From NCBI GenBank assembly GCA_965202585.1, contig OZ241827.1, positions 61,318,001 to 61,382,000 of the forward strand: a stretch of 64,000 nucleotides of DNA. Direction: 5' to 3'. This stretch comes from Thalia democratica (Eukaryota). Positions 62,501-64,000 of this stretch are shown here, one piece after another. The position numbers and the translations under genes are program-made. Position 1 is the first letter of the stretch, and each line of letters begins with the position of its first letter. The notes under the pieces were generated by a model. That model was not told the origin of the DNA. It saw only the letters and a program-made list of their open reading frames with translations, and ran no database searches.

Positions 62501-63739
62501 AAATTAAAACAGTTCAACCAACTAAGCTATGAAAAACATAGCTGGTGTAAACAAATTCAAACAAACAGCTAAGTTGTTGAACTAAACTGTAATGTCTAAA
62601 CTGTATATTTTTTATGAATTTTAATATGACGTACATAATCAATTCAAAACATAACATGGAAGATTCTTAAAATTTGTTTTAGAGATTCAACAAAAGGAAT
62701 TAAGCATTTATTTTTACAATTACTGACTGATTTTGTCTTTAATACCAACATTTATATTGAGAAATAAGTTCACATCTCAATTTGATCTTAAAAAAATTCT
62801 CAATTTTTTTAAACAATATTTTTTAAGCATTTGAACTTTGAAAAATGAGATTCTAAAATTTTTGAATAAAAAAAAAGATTTAGCCTGATGTTTTTCAACT
62901 TTTTTCAAAAAAACTGATTTAGCCTGATTTGGCCTGATTAAGCCTGATGCGCACCCTGAGAATGATATAACTTCAAATATTTTAAGATTTATTATAAAAA
63001 CAATACTTCACTCAAAAAAAAGATCATCAGTTAATAATAAAATCTGTTTTAAATATGGTAAATATGTTATAAGATATTAGGCTTAACTTTAGCAAAACTG
63101 TCAAATGTAAAAGTTCAAACACTGTAATTGATTGTAATAACATAAAACTTTAGAAACTATAAACTTTGTTAATTTCAACAAAACAGCAGATAAATACTAG
63201 TTTTTTAAAAGTGTACAAAATGTGAACTAACTTGTAATGCAGAGAGGTTCTTTAGTGTTGTTGTAAGATCCGTCATCTGAACATTGGTAAAAATAATCAC
63301 TTGATGTTCCATTATGAAATATATAGCCATCATTACATGTATAACTGAAAGTATCACCATTTATGTAAACACCGGTTGTTTTTTGGTCGAGAGCATTTAA
63401 TTTTCCGTTAAGTATGTCATCGAGTTTACGACAAACTAAAACAAAACAAAAATATTAATTACATCGAACAATAATTATCTTTAAGAAAATGGAGAAAAAT
63501 GTTTTGTTAAGTGAGTGGTTAACTCATTTTATTTTACTAACGTGGAATACATTTAGGGGCATTTTGAAAGTCCCAACTTCCGTTAAATCCACACGTCCGC
63601 TTTTTGTTTTCCCCCCACAAAAAACTATGCGTAGAAGCACATTTATAGGTAACTTCAGTTTTACTCCAAAACTCGTCTTTCTTGTGGCTGAATGTTATTT
63701 TCCAACTCAAGTTATCTCCTGTAGGAGGCGAAGGACAAC
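38174..63739 (-). CDS. Large multi-exon mosaic protein, 5'-partial: (CCP)8-ILEI-(CCP)10-CTLD-CCP-CTLD, about 1,700 aa, probably secreted
   Basis: 26 exons with AG/GT boundaries join in one open frame when 57757-58068 and the stub 39242-39384 are skipped; all CCP exons are phase 1-1; no transmembrane segment seen. Confidence 0.78.
38900..39023 (-). CDS. Terminal CTLD N-half exon N5
   Basis: GEYEFSLTKKKGTFNQAREQCQEMSGDLIYKNLGPDGKMYHP|gtaagt; 124 nt. Confidence 0.87.
39242..39384 (-). other. CCP stub exon C5 (half module, in-frame stop, no phase-1 donor)
   Basis: attaag|VCPPLPTPDDFNVKIVELDFTDYTMTRYACDDSNYQFLYFIHLNITN*. Confidence 0.6.
39557..39739 (-). CDS. CCP exon 19 (last; donor feeding the lectin cassettes)
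   Basis: DVRCPAIP..YECNQGF..CTVDGWSENAECVK|gtaagc; 183 nt. Confidence 0.88.
39862..40181 (-). CDS. Internal CTLD C-half exon
   Basis: WTGISD..WTFGEPN..LCE; phase 2-1, 320 nt. Confidence 0.82.
40575..40617 (-). ncRNA. Minimal type I hammerhead ribozyme with intact core
   Basis: Minus strand: gagtga-CTGATGA-gtcc-taataa-ggac-GAAA-ccg-GTC-tcagtc. Confidence 0.85.
40641..40682 (+). ncRNA. Inverted degenerate hammerhead copy
   Basis: CTGATGA-gtaccaataagga-GAAT-ccg-GTC-tcagtc; inverted repeat of 40575-40613. Confidence 0.72.
41655..41778 (-). CDS. Internal CTLD N-half exon
   Basis: DCFQFITSEKLENFGDAKSHCEENSGRLLEQSMKLRWKNYH|gtaagt; 124 nt, phase 1-2. Absent from the ORF track. Confidence 0.85.
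43173..43376 (-). CDS. CCP exon 18
   Basis: DCPDAIP..YVCKSGY..YKCQEDGMW..QC; 204 nt, phase 1-1. Confidence 0.88.
44147..44341 (-). CDS. CCP exon 17
   Basis: DCPEVP..FVCEGG..TCSKNATW..KC; 195 nt. Confidence 0.88.
47166..47360 (-). CDS. CCP exon 16 (R; atypical, lacks the conserved Trp)
   Basis: ECSSIPP..HGTQVDFKCQSGY..ACGGTTPGVVDVSSLLC; 195 nt. Confidence 0.85.
47780..48204. mobile_element. 425-bp inverted-repeat insertion (MITE/foldback-like)
   Basis: Absent from the paralogous intron near 58325; internal inverted acaattc.aattc.gac repeats; flanks gtagtagag and gaagtaaag (7/9). Confidence 0.7.
48477..48668 (-). CDS. CCP exon 15 (P3)
   Basis: VCPYPPL..YSCDAHH..TCQDSGDW..PAC; 192 nt. Confidence 0.9.
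49092..49289 (-). CDS. CCP exon 14 (Q2)
   Basis: DCGPSP..YTCRNSY..NCVNGGDW..FEC; 198 nt. Confidence 0.9.
50440..50628 (-). CDS. CCP exon 13
   Basis: ECNEVP..YSCREYF..TCGKNGEW..FEC; 189 nt. Confidence 0.9.
50793..50993 (-). CDS. CCP exon 12
   Basis: DCGSSP..YTCEDQY..TCVNGSW..FKC; 201 nt. Confidence 0.9.
51800..53765 (+). mobile_element. 5'-truncated degenerate CR1/L2-type LINE (RT remnant, 3' UTR, (aat)n tail), antisense in intron
   Basis: Decayed RT motifs: TPDNIP, PVHKK, QFGFVPNRS, QAFDSV, SGVSQGGVIGPLLF..IYINDI, FSDD, RLVKLRLKPLEYRR. Confidence 0.85.
53900..54097 (-). CDS. CCP exon 11
   Basis: DCGLSR..YTCQQPY..SCVNGTW..FEC; 198 nt. Confidence 0.9.
55024..55218 (-). CDS. CCP exon 10
   Basis: ECADPP..YRCINGL..TCNDDRSW..PTC; 195 nt. 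Confidence 0.9.
55355..55537 (-). CDS. CCP exon 9
   Basis: ACENPPP..FACNTD..VCTTMGW..GC; 183 nt. Confidence 0.9.
55945..56070 (-). CDS. ILEI/PANDER-like domain, exon c
   Basis: DTHHSWVVVTGRFP..SWAEC; donor g|gtgaga gives phase 1. Confidence 0.7.
56708..56876 (-). CDS. ILEI/PANDER-like domain, exon b
   Basis: VERMAAFIEDNSIYGDVIVMAVRG; phase 0-1. Confidence 0.72.
57150..57334 (-). CDS. ILEI/PANDER-like domain, exon a
   Basis: YALSAG..GIIKWQG..RGTGVAIINPLTDTVQYKRFDT resembles the ILEI RGxNxxxxDxxTGxVxxxxxFDT motif; phase 1-0. Confidence 0.72.
57757..58068 (-). pseudogene. Exon-like segment X (unknown domain) with in-frame TAG
   Basis: Phase-1 acceptor aaacag|CA TGT; about 104-109 codons open except TAG at 58010-58012; donor ambiguous (57757 phase 1 or 57741 phase 2). 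Confidence 0.5.
58631..58822 (-). CDS. CCP exon 8 (P2)
   Basis: Paralog of P3 and P1; 192 nt. Confidence 0.9.
59246..59443 (-). CDS. CCP exon 7 (Q1)
   Basis: Protein identical to Q2; 198 nt. Confidence 0.9.
59928..60119 (-). CDS. CCP exon 6 (P1)
   Basis: VCPYPPLEGRSTY..PPGC; 192 nt. Confidence 0.9.
60381..60569 (-). CDS. CCP exon 5
   Basis: ECDDIPTVKNAQ..YTCNADF..TCDENGQW..FQCYP; 189 nt. Absent from the ORF track. Confidence 0.88.
60728..60931 (-). CDS. CCP exon 4
   Basis: VCEVPP..YSCNPNY..RCELGATW..SC; 204 nt. Confidence 0.88.
61048..61245 (-). CDS. CCP exon 3
   Basis: CELPP..YECAPSH..ICDFNGSW..PKC; 198 nt; paralog of exon 1. Confidence 0.9.
61731..62958. mobile_element. Possible hAT-like element (CAGGG..CCCTG ends, cctgatt subterminal motifs)
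   Basis: cagggt..tgcgca and tgcgcaccctg ends; no clean 8-bp TSD. Confidence 0.35.
63232..63435 (-). CDS. CCP exon 2
   Basis: VCRKLDDILNG..YTCNDGY..QCSDDGSY..PLC; 204 nt. Absent from the ORF track. Confidence 0.88.
63542..63739 (-). CDS. CCP exon 1 in window
   Basis: CPSPP..YKCASTH..TCGFNGSW..PKC; 198 nt. Confidence 0.9.
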
Positions 63740-64000
63740 CTATTGTAACGTAAACTTGTTGCTTGGTAATGAATAACATATATTTTCAAAATTAATCACC
63801 TGTATAGTTTTAAGAACGTACTTATTTGTAAGTTTCATATAGTAAAAAAAGCCTAACAGAACGATTGTTAAACTAAAAGTAATTTAAATTTTTAAAATCC
63901 ATTAACTCAATATCCGTTAAACCAACAGTATCTAGCAAGTTAATTAAGTAACCATTGACAAAACTAATGATTATGTTTAGTATTTAAACTTTTATGATAA

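Overview
AT-rich animal genomic DNA with GT-AG introns; no rRNA, tRNA or CRISPR array was found. The species cannot be determined, but it looks like an invertebrate. There are three blocks. (1) 1-12776: a recent tandem duplication of a single-exon CDS encoding a 595-aa protein with two PARP-like ADP-ribosyltransferase (ART) domains. Copy 1 is bracketed by foldback/MULE-like arms. (2) 13.7-19.9 kb: foldback elements with 9-bp TSDs, a ~144-bp satellite (also at 5.3-6.5 kb) whose translation matches a sushi/CCP exon of the neighbouring gene, and a displaced copy of that exon. (3) 20-64 kb, minus strand: a large mosaic gene that I assembled by hand, 5' end outside the window, about 1,700 aa or more: 8 CCP, ILEI/PANDER-like, 10 CCP, C-type lectin (CTLD), CCP, CTLD. 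Its 3' end has been duplicated repeatedly into a promoter-less array of 3 CTLD N-half exons and 5 phase-compatible C-half terminal exons, each with its own polyA signal and variable sugar-binding loops. This is a candidate alternative-3'-end lectin diversification system. Also present: Penelope-type hammerhead ribozymes (including an inverted intronic pair), hAT insertions with empty-site paralogs, Gypsy-like gag relics and CR1-type LINE relics. Splicing models are inferred from sequence only.
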